Source of the DNA: an uncultured virus (IMG/VR IMGVR_UViG_3300031758_009234)
Lineage: Duplodnaviria > Heunggongvirae > Uroviricota > Caudoviricetes
Length of the DNA stretch: 64,000 nt
Virus record (IMG/VR): IMGVR_UViG_3300031758_009234
Span: 1 to 64,000 of that record
Reading direction: 5' to 3' (one strand)
Shown: piece by piece, positions 49,650 through 59,035 of the stretch
Numbering within the stretch: position 1 is the first letter of the stretch
Layout: every line of letters begins with the position of its first letter
The notes under the pieces: generated by a model
Database searches by the model: none
What the model was told of the DNA's origin: nothing
The model's input: only the letters and a program-made list of their open reading frames with translations
Position numbers and translations under genes: made by a program

Positions 49650-50551
49650 TTAAATATCAGATTTATATTTCCATATATAACCACCACTAGATTTTGATTT
49701 ACCAGTACAAACACTTCTTATACCCTGTGTCAATATACCCAAATCAACAGAGGCTGCTTTATATTCTCATACTCTTTTATGAAATTTCCATTTAAATCAT
49801 ATTGATATATCGGTTTGAATTTATCACCTCCTTTATTAAAACTAACCGGTGTTAGATCACCTTCAAATCTCCACACATATCCACCAACCATTTTAACTTT
49901 ATTCTTACAACATTTTGATATATTGCCATGTGATAGGTTATTTATTTTAGAAGCGTTATTTATTGAGGGGTAAATATTTATTAAATTCATATCAATATCA
50001 TACTGATAAACCGATTTACAGTCTTGTATTAAGATATCATTTAACTTTTGTTCTTCTGTTTTAGAATCCTCATATCTTTTATTAGATATTCTTAATTTAT
50101 CACGTTCTTCTTCTTTACTAAAACGTTCTTTAGCTTTAATACTCAATTCTTTCTTAGTTTCCTCTGATAGAATAAGTTTATAGTTTTTATACCTTTCAAT
50201 CTGTGATTCAGACATTTTTTTCTTTGTTTCATCGGACATTTTTTTATTCTTATTTCCACCTGAGTCCGTATTTGTCAGAGGATGTCCCTCACTTTTAAAT
50301 TTATCAATCCAATATATTTCTCTTTCGCATACCTCATTATATGATAATATATTCTCCTCAATTGACTCAATTATAGGTTTTAAACCATTTAATTTTAAAC
50401 TTTTAACCCAATTTGATTTATGAGATTTTGAGTTTTCCGAATAATGAGATTTAAGTCTTTGTTTTAAATCATTAAATGTTAATCCAATATATCTAATTTC
50501 ATTAGATATTGGGTCTATGAGCTTGTATATAGTATATTTTATTTCTTCCAT
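49650..50551 (-). CDS. GIY-YIG homing endonuclease with NUMOD3/NUMOD1; frameshift in the last NUMOD1
   Basis: YTIYKL..RYIGLT..RLKSH; the ORF stops at 49730 but another frame continues AASVDLGI..VCTGKSKSSGGYIWKYKSDI to 49650. Confidence 0.8.
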
Positions 50552-50604
50552 ATACTATATATAATTTATTTTAACCTCCCCCCGTTAAAATTGTGTCGTT
50601 TTGG

Positions 50605-51405
50605 TTATTTCTTCACCATAAAAAAGAAACTGGAATTTGATTGACCCTTGATTTCATCCTCCACTTCTTTAACTTCTTCTTTACCTTGAGATATTAAATC
50701 TGCGCTATTTATTTTTATCGAACCGGGAAGTTGAAAATCATAACGACCAACCATATTACCCAACATAACTTTAGACCAACCAACACAATACTTATAAAAA
50801 AGATCATCTTTAAATAAATTTTCTCTTGGTATGTTAGCATAAGCCTCCATAACAACATCATATTTAACATCAGTTAATATGTGTATTCTGTGATTTAAGT
50901 GATTGAAGTGGTGTTTAAGTGTATATTTATTTAACTGATTTAACATATCACTCATGTTATCTAATACAGTTTTATATAAACCTAATTCACCAATAGTTGT
51001 TACATAAGATGATAGATATGGTTGATTTGTAACACCTAAGTTAACTGATAAATTTGGTGTATTAATACCTAATTGAAATAAACTATCTCCTCGTACTTCA
51101 TAAAGATAAGCAACTGACTGAATTTCACATGGAACTTCAACATATCTATAACTCGTAAATTCTTCGGTGAAGAAAGCTTCTTTTCTTATTAAGAAGTACA
51201 TTTTCTGTACAGCGTATTGGTACCATCTGTAAAAATAAGGAAGAGCTCTATTTTCTATTATTTGTCTAACACTAGCATCTGGTAAAGTTTTAGGTAAAGC
51301 ACACGCAATTGTTAACTCGGTTTGAACCAAATCAACCATTTCTTCAATTGTGTAGCCACCTTGGTAAGGAACATATTCATCACCATAACCGTTTAAATCA
51401 GCCAT
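50605..51405 (-). CDS. T4 gp13-like neck/head-completion protein
   Basis: C-terminal MVGRYDFQLPGSIKINSADLISQGKEEVKEVEDEI resembles the gp13 LPGG motif. Confidence 0.75.
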   Translation of the reverse strand: MADLNGYGDEYVPYQGGYTIEEMVDLVQTELTIACALPKTLPDASVRQIIENRALPYFYRWYQYAVQKMYFLIRKEAFFTEEFTSYRYVEVPCEIQSVAYLYEVRGDSLFQLGINTPNLSVNLGVTNQPYLSSYVTTIGELGLYKTVLDNMSDMLNQLNKYTLKHHFNHLNHRIHILTDVKYDVVMEAYANIPRENLFKDDLFYKYCVGWSKVMLGNMVGRYDFQLPGSIKINSADLISQGKEEVKEVEDEIKGQSNSSFFFMVKK

Positions 51406-51475
51406 AAAAATTATTTTATTTTAGTGTATATATTAAAATAATTTTACTATATTTGTAAGACAAAATCGGAGAGTT

Positions 51476-51652
51476 ATGAAAGGGAAAATTAAAATCGGAA
51501 AAATTACACAAGAGCAAATCTTAACAGTTTATAAGAAAGCGTCTAGAGAGATGGAATTAGAGAACTCTACTGGTTGGGTTGCTAAACATAAAGTTCATAA
51601 ATCAGCTAAGAACTATACAAGAAAAGATAAACACAAAGTTAGCTTTGTATAA
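51476..51652 (+). CDS. small basic protein, possibly an ArfA-like ribosome-rescue factor
   Basis: Not in the ORF track; ...KKASREMELENSTGWVAKHKVHKSAKNYTRKDKHKVSFV. Confidence 0.5.
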   Translation: MKGKIKIGKITQEQILTVYKKASREMELENSTGWVAKHKVHKSAKNYTRKDKHKVSFV

Positions 51653-51681
51653 TAAAAAAAGAGAGAATTTAATTCTCTCTT

Positions 51682-51855
51682 TTATTTTGAATATATTTTT
51701 CTAATTTTAGATTGTCTATTTGAAATTATCCATCGTCTCAATTCTTCAATGAACAAATTATCTGGGTATATTCTACCATTATTCCTATTCATTCGATCAA
51801 ATTTTTGTAAAACTCCGTGTAAAATATATTTACCATCAACTATTTCTACTTTCAT
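51682..51855 (-). CDS. small protein with a prohead-protease-like fragment and the C-terminal tag
   Basis: Not in the ORF track; [61 protein letters not shown] overlap with dnaJ. Confidence 0.65.
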   Translation of the reverse strand: MKVEIVDGKYILHGVLQKFDRMNRNNGRIYPDNLFIEELRRWIISNRQSKIRKIYSK

Positions 51856-52922
51856 ACTTTAAATGTATTTGAGTTTTTAAACTTCTCTAAAATCATTCTT
51901 TCATCAAGTGGAATATCTTTTGGTATTTTCAAATTAAATTTTATATAAAGATCTCCTAAACCATAATTTAAGTCTGGAATACCTTTACCTGAAATTCTAA
52001 TTGTTTTCCCGTGTTCTGTTCCAGCTTCAACTAAAACCGGTATATCACCATGTGGTGTTGATACAGTTATATTATTACCACAAAGAGCATCTATAACAGA
52101 TATTGTTTTTTCTACAACTATATTATTACCTTCTCTTTTGAATGAGAAGTCTTGAGCTTCTTCTATAATAATAAAAAGATCACCTGGTATTCCATTTCTA
52201 ACATCATTTCCATTACCATTCATTTTCAACTGCATTCCATTTGAAACACCTGCTGGTACTTGAATATCAACTACTTGTTCTTGTAAAGTAGTACCATCTC
52301 CATGGCAATGATTACACTTATTGTGAATTTGTTCACCAGAACCTCCACAATCTGGACAATGTGTTTGAGTTCTTACTTGTCCAAATGGTGTATTTTGAAC
52401 AACAACTCTTTGTCCTGTTCCATTACAAACTAAACATTCTCTTACATCAGAACCTCCTTTTCCATCACAAGGATTACATTTTACTTGTCTTCTGTATTTT
52501 AATTTTTTAGTTGTTCCTTTAAGTATCTCATCAATATTAACAACAACTTTAATTCTTAAATCACCACCTTTTTTAGTTCTTTGTCTTTGTTGTTGTCTTC
52601 CACCAAAAGGATTACCACCAAAGATATCACCAAACTGTGAAAATATATCATCCATTGAAAATCCGTGACCACCACCAAATGGATTACCTCCTCCAAATGG
52701 ATTACCACCAGTTGAACCAAATCTATCATAACTCTGGCGTTTAGAAGGATCGCTAAGAGTTTCATAAGCTTCAGCCGCCTCTTTAAATTTAGCCTCTGCT
52801 TCTGGATTATTAGGATTTTTATCTGGATGAAACTGCATAGCCATCTTACGATAAGCTTTTTTAATTTCATCATCAGTTGCTCCTTTATTAACTCCTAAAA
52901 TAGTATAATAGTCTTTATTCAT
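51852..52922 (-). CDS. dnaJ: DnaJ chaperone
   Basis: J domain with HPD, G/F region, four CxxCxGxG repeats. Confidence 0.96.
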   Translation of the reverse strand: MNKDYYTILGVNKGATDDEIKKAYRKMAMQFHPDKNPNNPEAEAKFKEAAEAYETLSDPSKRQSYDRFGSTGGNPFGGGNPFGGGHGFSMDDIFSQFGDIFGGNPFGGRQQQRQRTKKGGDLRIKVVVNIDEILKGTTKKLKYRRQVKCNPCDGKGGSDVRECLVCNGTGQRVVVQNTPFGQVRTQTHCPDCGGSGEQIHNKCNHCHGDGTTLQEQVVDIQVPAGVSNGMQLKMNGNGNDVRNGIPGDLFIIIEEAQDFSFKREGNNIVVEKTISVIDALCGNNITVSTPHGDIPVLVEAGTEHGKTIRISGKGIPDLNYGLGDLYIKFNLKIPKDIPLDERMILEKFKNSNTFKV

Positions 52923-52934
52923 TTTTTAGATTTT

Positions 52935-53261
52935 TTATTTTAATATATTATTTAGTAATATGTCTCTTTTAATAGATTTAAGAGGTTCATTAAATCTTAT
53001 TTTTGTATTTGAATTATAATCAAACCAAAATGAATCATTTTCATAAGTAGTCCAATTATAATCTTTTTTTGTATGAAATCTTAAAATTGGTAGTTTATTC
53101 ATAATATCTCTACATAGTTCAATGATTTTATCTTCATCAAACTCTTCCTCATCTATTTTATTAACCTCATCACAAAAGTAGTCCATTACTTCACCAACAG
53201 TCTCATTAACTACTCTTAAATAGTTTTTATCTGTTCTAGTACTTTCGATATACCAATTCAT
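52935..53261 (-). CDS. hypothetical protein, C-terminal tag family
   Basis: Ends KRDILLNNILK. Confidence 0.65.
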   Translation of the reverse strand: MNWYIESTRTDKNYLRVVNETVGEVMDYFCDEVNKIDEEEFDEDKIIELCRDIMNKLPILRFHTKKDYNWTTYENDSFWFDYNSNTKIRFNEPLKSIKRDILLNNILK

Positions 53262-53794
53262 TTTAATGTCTTTTTAAGTTTCAAATCTCTTATCTCTAAT
53301 TTAATTTCATCATATGTTTTATTTCTACAATTAGAAATCATTTTGTTTATATAGTTTTGACAAACTAAGTTTAAAGTTTCTATACCCATATCTAAATACT
53401 TAAACTCTATTAAACAATTTTTAATTTTTGGTAGAAAGTCAACTAAATAGTTGATAAAATCATCAACATCCCAATATAGTTGAAATAATTCTAGCTTTTT
53501 ATCACCATATTCCGAGAAATTAAATAAAGTTGGTTTGTTTATAAAAACCATAGACCAAGTTTTTCTAATGGCTGGTATGATAAGTACTTCTAGTTCATCC
53601 TCATCATCACCAATTTTACCAGATAATAAACTAAAAACCTCAATTCTATTATCTAAAACATATTCTAAATCAGATTTAAGATTTGATTTTAATTCATCAT
53701 CAACACCAGTAAGCATAGAATCAACAAGACTTTGTTTATATAAGTCTTGTTGTAATAATTCTATAAAGCTTTTTTTGTTTACTGGTAAGTTCAT
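53258..53794 (-). CDS. hypothetical protein, C-terminal tag family
   Basis: Ends EIRDLKLKKTLK. Confidence 0.65.
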   Translation of the reverse strand: MNLPVNKKSFIELLQQDLYKQSLVDSMLTGVDDELKSNLKSDLEYVLDNRIEVFSLLSGKIGDDEDELEVLIIPAIRKTWSMVFINKPTLFNFSEYGDKKLELFQLYWDVDDFINYLVDFLPKIKNCLIEFKYLDMGIETLNLVCQNYINKMISNCRNKTYDEIKLEIRDLKLKKTLK

Positions 53795-54321
53795 TATTCA
53801 CCTAATATGATTTTAGGATATCTAAATGGTTTACCATCTAATGTATATCCCTTACTAACAACATCAACAATTTTCTTTTCACCAATTGGTAAAATTGATA
53901 TAACTTCGTGTAAATCAGTATCATACTCTTCAGTTTGAATAGTTTCAATTCCTTGACCTTTTAAAAACTTTTCAATTTTAGAAGCGATTAACTCAACACC
54001 TTCTCGAGCTGAATCATCTTTAATATTTTTGATTGCTAAAGAAATATCAGAGTCCATATCCAAAATAGAAGTAATCATAGAAACTTTTGTATTATTTCTT
54101 AATTCTTCTTTTTCTTTGATAACTCTTTTTTTATAGTTATCAAATTCAGCAGCTAATCTTAAATAATTATTATTTGATTCTTTTAATTGTTCTTCTAAAT
54201 GAGAAACGTGTAGTCTTGGATTATCTTCTAATACAATTTCTTCATTCTTACCAGTTAAGTCAAGACCAACTTTTTGATCATCAATTTTCATACTCTCTAC
54301 TTCAATCTTTTTATCTTCCAT
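53794..54321 (-). CDS. grpE: GrpE nucleotide exchange factor
   Basis: YLRLAAEFDNYKKR, DLHEVI, VSKGYTL. Confidence 0.93.
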   Translation of the reverse strand: MEDKKIEVESMKIDDQKVGLDLTGKNEEIVLEDNPRLHVSHLEEQLKESNNNYLRLAAEFDNYKKRVIKEKEELRNNTKVSMITSILDMDSDISLAIKNIKDDSAREGVELIASKIEKFLKGQGIETIQTEEYDTDLHEVISILPIGEKKIVDVVSKGYTLDGKPFRYPKIILGE

Positions 54322-54325
54322 TTTA

Positions 54326-54814
54326 TTAATAATTAAATTTTAACATTTTCTTTATTGTTGCGGAGTTGTAAAACTCATAAGTAACATTCTTATCAACTAC
54401 TTTGTGTATTTCTAATTTTTCAACTTCTAATTTAAAGTTATCAACATATTCAACTAATTCTCTAAGAGATTTAGCATAAGATGCTGATGGTACCCAATAA
54501 TCCGGAAACTTATCTAAAAATTTATCAACAGCTGTATCGAATGTTTTCTTTCTAATAAGTAAATATTCATTCACTTTAGAAGATTTGTTTGTTAAGATTT
54601 CAATGATGTAATTATTAAATTTGAAAATTAAGTTATCAGTTTCAATAACTTTTAAAAGTCCAATAACAAGAGCATCTTGTTCAGAGATAGAAACTTCAGT
54701 ATTTTCCCTTAAAATTCTCTCAGCTTCTTTATCGGAACCACCTAAAATGTAATAAACGTAAGTGTCCCATAAACATCTTTTAACTATATCTTCTGGATAT
54801 ATATTTATAGTCAT
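54326..54814 (-). CDS. hypothetical protein
   Basis: 162 aa ORF heading the grpE-dnaJ unit. Confidence 0.7.
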   Translation of the reverse strand: MTINIYPEDIVKRCLWDTYVYYILGGSDKEAERILRENTEVSISEQDALVIGLLKVIETDNLIFKFNNYIIEILTNKSSKVNEYLLIRKKTFDTAVDKFLDKFPDYWVPSASYAKSLRELVEYVDNFKLEVEKLEIHKVVDKNVTYEFYNSATIKKMLKFNY

Positions 54815-54896
54815 AATATTATAATATTTTTCTTTATTATAGAAACATACATATATAAAGTTTATAATGTAATATATAACACAAAAAAATTAAAGA

Positions 54897-55073
54897 ATGA
54901 AGCATAAAATCAAAACACCAAACGGAGTAGGAACTCTAGAGAAAATATACGCTAGTGAATTGGGGTTTTTAATGGTTAGAGTTTACTTTCCTGATACAAA
55001 ATCATTTATAACATATAATGTTGATAAGTTAGAAAATTTTTTAGAAAATACACAATTAAAATTAGAAAAGTAG
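54897..55073 (+). CDS. small hypothetical protein
   Basis: MKHKIKTPNGVGTLEKIYASELGFLMVRVYF... Confidence 0.6.
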   Translation: MKHKIKTPNGVGTLEKIYASELGFLMVRVYFPDTKSFITYNVDKLENFLENTQLKLEK

Positions 55074-55099
55074 TATATTTGTGGAAAATTTAAAAAGTA

Positions 55100-55165
55100 A
55101 TGGAACAGACAAAATACAATCGGACATATCATCTACCTTGGTCACCAGGATCAACAAATGATGAT
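55100..55165 (+). pseudogene. orphan 5' fragment of an RNA ligase gene
   Basis: MEQTKYNRTYHLPWSPGSTNDD versus MSKYPRTYHLPFSPGTTNDD at 56169. Confidence 0.85.
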
Positions 55166-56082
55166 AATTTATTTAAAACTAAAGAAGTTAAATCTTTAGT
55201 TTTTTTTATTTCACTTTCCCATATGTATATCACAAAATAACCTATTTCTTCCGCTTTTATCCTTTTATCTCTATCTTTATCCCATATATCAGATACTTTC
55301 TTATAACCACCTGGGAATTTAATACTTTCATCTATATTATAGATCTCTGGATTACAATGCCAATAATCACCATTTACTTCAATTAAAATGTTAGTATTCA
55401 CTAACCTAAAATCAAATAATTTACCCTTTAGTGGGAATTGAGTTGTATATGATATTGATAGATTGTTAAGAACTTCTGATATTTTGGTTTCTAAATTAGA
55501 TTTGCCATTATAATTAAATATTTTATTTTTTTGTTCATCATTTAAATTGTTCCAATATTTTTTAATTGATTCTTTTTGTTTACACTTTCTTATTTCATTT
55601 TCATCATCAGTTAAATTGTTCCAAGCAAAATTATTATCTATTATCCATTTTTTAAATTCATTATTTTTGAATATGTTATCAACACCATAATTTTTCATAA
55701 ATGTGTCTGATTTTTTATTTTTAATATCCAATACCTTTGACACATTATCAACTCCATACTTCTCCATACAAGTTTTTTTATACTTAATAGATGATATTAA
55801 TTTTGAACTTTCTGAAATACTCCTCTTAGGTATTGAATAATACTCCAAAAGAAATATAAAAGATTTAAAATCGATATTAAAATCATTTTTAATATCAACT
55901 AGACTTTTTAAATTCTCAACATAATTTAATGTAATAACCTCTCTTTTTGAAATATGTGGAAAATTTTTTTGAATAAACATAAATTTTATTTCTCTTTTAT
56001 CATTTGTAGTTTTTAATTTACAATGATATATGTGTGGGTTATTAAAAACCACAACATCACAAAAGGGACACTTTCTAATCAT
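55129..56082 (-). CDS. putative homing endonuclease (KYGVDN repeats plus DUF559/Vsr-like nuclease)
   Basis: KTCMEKYGVDN x2; IEVNGDYWHCNP..D..K..GY..IYIWE. Confidence 0.8.
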   Translation of the reverse strand: MIRKCPFCDVVVFNNPHIYHCKLKTTNDKREIKFMFIQKNFPHISKREVITLNYVENLKSLVDIKNDFNIDFKSFIFLLEYYSIPKRSISESSKLISSIKYKKTCMEKYGVDNVSKVLDIKNKKSDTFMKNYGVDNIFKNNEFKKWIIDNNFAWNNLTDDENEIRKCKQKESIKKYWNNLNDEQKNKIFNYNGKSNLETKISEVLNNLSISYTTQFPLKGKLFDFRLVNTNILIEVNGDYWHCNPEIYNIDESIKFPGGYKKVSDIWDKDRDKRIKAEEIGYFVIYIWESEIKKTKDLTSLVLNKLSSFVDPGDQGR

Positions 56083-56168
56083 ACATTATATATTAAAGTG
56101 AAAAAGTTGTTTTTTACCATTTTTTCAGTTATATTTGTAACATAAACAATATTTTTGAATATCTTATC

Positions 56169-56813
56169 ATGAGTAAATACCCAAGAACATATCATTTACC
56201 TTTCTCACCCGGTACTACCAATGATGATAGAATATCTGAGAGTGTTAAATCTATTTTGGGTATTGATATTATCATAACCGAAAAGTTAGATGGATCTAAC
56301 TCATCGATGATAAATGAGGGTGTCTTTGCTAGATCACATATAGATTTTTCTAAAAATCCATGGGATAATGAAGTTAGACAACTACACGAAATAAAAGTAA
56401 AAGGTAATTTAGAAGATGATGTTTTTTTATTCGGTGAGAATATGGAAGGCATTCATTCAATAGAATATACAAATTTAAAATCATACTTTTATTTATTTGG
56501 TGTTAGAGATAATAACATCTGGACACCTTGGAGTGTGGTTGAAGAATATTCTTACTTATTGGATTTACCACTTGTACCAGTTTTATTTAAAGGTATTGTA
56601 AATACCGAAAAAGAATTAAAAGACTTAGTTATGGGTTTTGTAACAGAACAATCTGAATTAGGTGGATCAAGAGAAGGTATTGTCGTAAGAAATGCTGGTG
56701 TGTTTCATAATGATAATTTCTCGGATAATGTAATGAAATGGGTTAGAAAAGGTCATGTTCAGACAGATGAACATTGGACCAAGAATTGGAAAAAATCAAA
56801 TATAAATTATTAA
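56169..56813 (+). CDS. RNA ligase (Rnl2-like adenylyltransferase domain)
   Basis: TEKLDGSN (motif I), FGEN, EGIVVR, KWVR. Confidence 0.85.
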   Translation: MSKYPRTYHLPFSPGTTNDDRISESVKSILGIDIIITEKLDGSNSSMINEGVFARSHIDFSKNPWDNEVRQLHEIKVKGNLEDDVFLFGENMEGIHSIEYTNLKSYFYLFGVRDNNIWTPWSVVEEYSYLLDLPLVPVLFKGIVNTEKELKDLVMGFVTEQSELGGSREGIVVRNAGVFHNDNFSDNVMKWVRKGHVQTDEHWTKNWKKSNINY

Positions 56814-56814
56814 T

Positions 56815-56997
56815 ATGACAATAGAAGAAAAAATTAAACTTAACAAAGAAATTAGATCTTATAAAGGTGATAATCAATTTATCATTTCTTTACAGAAAGC
56901 TCTGAAAGGTAATTATGTTCAAAAAGTAGAACATAATGGTAAGAATGTTAAAATTCTTTCTGATAAACAATACGAAGCAGCTAAGATAAATTTCTAA
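56815..56997 (+). CDS. small hypothetical protein
   Basis: YKGDNQFIISL..LSDKQYEAA. Confidence 0.6.
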   Translation: MTIEEKIKLNKEIRSYKGDNQFIISLQKALKGNYVQKVEHNGKNVKILSDKQYEAAKINF

Positions 56998-57027
56998 ACA
57001 TTATATTCTACTCAGTATATAATCAAT

Positions 57028-57225
57028 ATGGAAAATTATATTGAAGATATGAAATTATTAGGAACCGTACACTCTCACGGTTCAATAGATGAATATTACC
57101 ATGTAAGAATTAAAGATGGTAAACAAACAACATTTGAATTTAGAGTTGTTAAACATACAAAACAGAGAGTGAGTAGTTATAAAATAGATCAATCAGATCT
57201 ACCAAAATCAATAGAACTTCAATGA
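57028..57225 (+). CDS. small hypothetical protein
   Basis: 65 aa ORF overlapping the next gene. Confidence 0.55.
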   Translation: MENYIEDMKLLGTVHSHGSIDEYYHVRIKDGKQTTFEFRVVKHTKQRVSSYKIDQSDLPKSIELQ

Positions 57226-57638
57226 GAGTAGGATTTACATGTTCTTGCTTTGACCTTTTTCATGCTGGTCATATTATGATGTTGAAAGAAGCTAAATCAA
57301 TTTGCGATTATTTAATTGTTGGATTACAAACAGATCCTACAATAGATAGACCAGAAAAGAATAAACCAATACAAAGTGTTGTTGAAAGATTTATTCAATT
57401 AGAGGCTTGTAAATATGTAGATGAAGTTGTTGTTTACGCAACTGAAAAAGACTTACTAGATATTCTTTATTCTTATCCGATTAATGTTAGAATAGTTGGA
57501 GAAGAATATAAAGATAAAGACTTCACAGGTAAAGATCTATCACACATAGAAATGTATTACAACTCTAGAAAACATTCATTCTCAACAACCGAACTAAGAG
57601 GTAGAGTTATCGAAAGATATAAAAGTGATAAAAAATAA
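57222..57638 (+). CDS. cytidylyltransferase (TagD/RfaE-like)
   Basis: FDLFHAGH (HxGH), KYVDEV, FSTTELR. Confidence 0.9.
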   Translation: MRVGFTCSCFDLFHAGHIMMLKEAKSICDYLIVGLQTDPTIDRPEKNKPIQSVVERFIQLEACKYVDEVVVYATEKDLLDILYSYPINVRIVGEEYKDKDFTGKDLSHIEMYYNSRKHSFSTTELRGRVIERYKSDKK

Positions 57639-57791
57639 TATTATTTTATTAATTTTTCCGTATTTTTGTAAAATGAAATTTGAACGTGTTAAAAAAATCA
57701 TACAAAAAATAGATTGGATTTGGGTATTCTTTCCCATTTACTATTATTGGAAAGATATAGATGATTTAACTTAACTTAAAATTTTAATAAG

Positions 57792-59015
57792 ATGTACAAT
57801 ATACCAACATATAACGAAGCTGTCAAACTAACTCAAGGTAAAAGATATGTACCTGAGATAGATCAATATTTAGACGCTGCTTTCTACGAGGCTAAACTTG
57901 TAGTTGATGGGTATAATGTATCTATATTCAACTATCGTTTAGCAACTTACAATGACTTTAAATACAACGATGCTTTTGAATTAAGAGGTTTAGTTTACGT
58001 CTTTAATGAAGATGGTTCTGTGTATAAATCATATAGATTGTTACATAAATTTTTCAACTTAAACCAAGTTGAAGAAACTCAATACTCTTTAGTAAAAGAT
58101 CGAGTTGTTAAATCTGTTTTCAATAAAGAAGATGGTTCTATTGGTTCTTTCATAAAATTACCAAACGGAAATGTTGTTGCTAAATCTAAAATGTCTTTTG
58201 AATCAGACCAAGCTTATGGTATGAACAAAATATACAACTCTAACGCAGATATAAAAAGATTTGTTGATTGGTCATTAGATAACGATTTAGTTGCTGTATT
58301 TGAGTATGTGGCTCCACACAACCGTATAGTTTTAAAATATGATAAAGAAGAATTAATCTTATTAAGATTAAGAAGAAACTCTACTGGTGAATACTTAAAC
58401 CTCCACGATTATTCAGATGTTATAGGTGATTTAAAAACTGCTGAGTCTTTTGATCTATCATTAGATGAATTGGTTGAATTGGCTAAAACTGTTGAAGGTG
58501 TTGAAGGTTGGGTAGTTGACTTAGATGGTTTATTTGTTAAAATAAAAACTGTTTGGTATTGTGAAAGACATGGTCTTTTAACAGAAGACTTGTATCGTGA
58601 AAACATACTAGTTAAATACATATTAGATGATAAAATAGATGATGTCTTAGGTCAAATCCCAGAAGATGAAAAAGAAGCACACGCTCGTATAGAAAAAATA
58701 ATAGCGGCTGTCTCTAAGGCAGTTAAAATGAAAGTTGATTCTATATTAGAAGATTGGAAAGTGTTTCAAACTATGGCTGATGGTAAAGATTGGACTGGTG
58801 ATTTAAAAGATCAACTAATGAGAAAGTCTTATGCTATGAAGTATAAGAAAACTAAAAATTTTGGAGCTGTGATGTCTATGGCGAAAGGTAACGATGTCTA
58901 TGATATAGTTACTGAACAAATAGCTAAGGAAACTTTTAGATTACAAAATGCGAGAGCGTTTTTATTTCAAATAGATCCAACTCTAAACTTTAAAGATGGT
59001 GAAATAGAAGATTAA
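57792..59015 (+). CDS. T4 RNA ligase 1-like
   Basis: ELRGLV, HKFFNLN, KEDGS (motif I), FEYVAPHNRIV, EGWVV, VKIKT. Confidence 0.9.
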   Translation: MYNIPTYNEAVKLTQGKRYVPEIDQYLDAAFYEAKLVVDGYNVSIFNYRLATYNDFKYNDAFELRGLVYVFNEDGSVYKSYRLLHKFFNLNQVEETQYSLVKDRVVKSVFNKEDGSIGSFIKLPNGNVVAKSKMSFESDQAYGMNKIYNSNADIKRFVDWSLDNDLVAVFEYVAPHNRIVLKYDKEELILLRLRRNSTGEYLNLHDYSDVIGDLKTAESFDLSLDELVELAKTVEGVEGWVVDLDGLFVKIKTVWYCERHGLLTEDLYRENILVKYILDDKIDDVLGQIPEDEKEAHARIEKIIAAVSKAVKMKVDSILEDWKVFQTMADGKDWTGDLKDQLMRKSYAMKYKKTKNFGAVMSMAKGNDVYDIVTEQIAKETFRLQNARAFLFQIDPTLNFKDGEIED

Positions 59016-59035
59016 GGGAGGTGAAATATCCTCTC

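Noticed and set aside
57673..57760. Tiny ORF MKFERVKKIIQKIDWIWVFFPFTIIGKI after a TAnnTTTG element
   Set aside because: It is too short and featureless to support as a gene.
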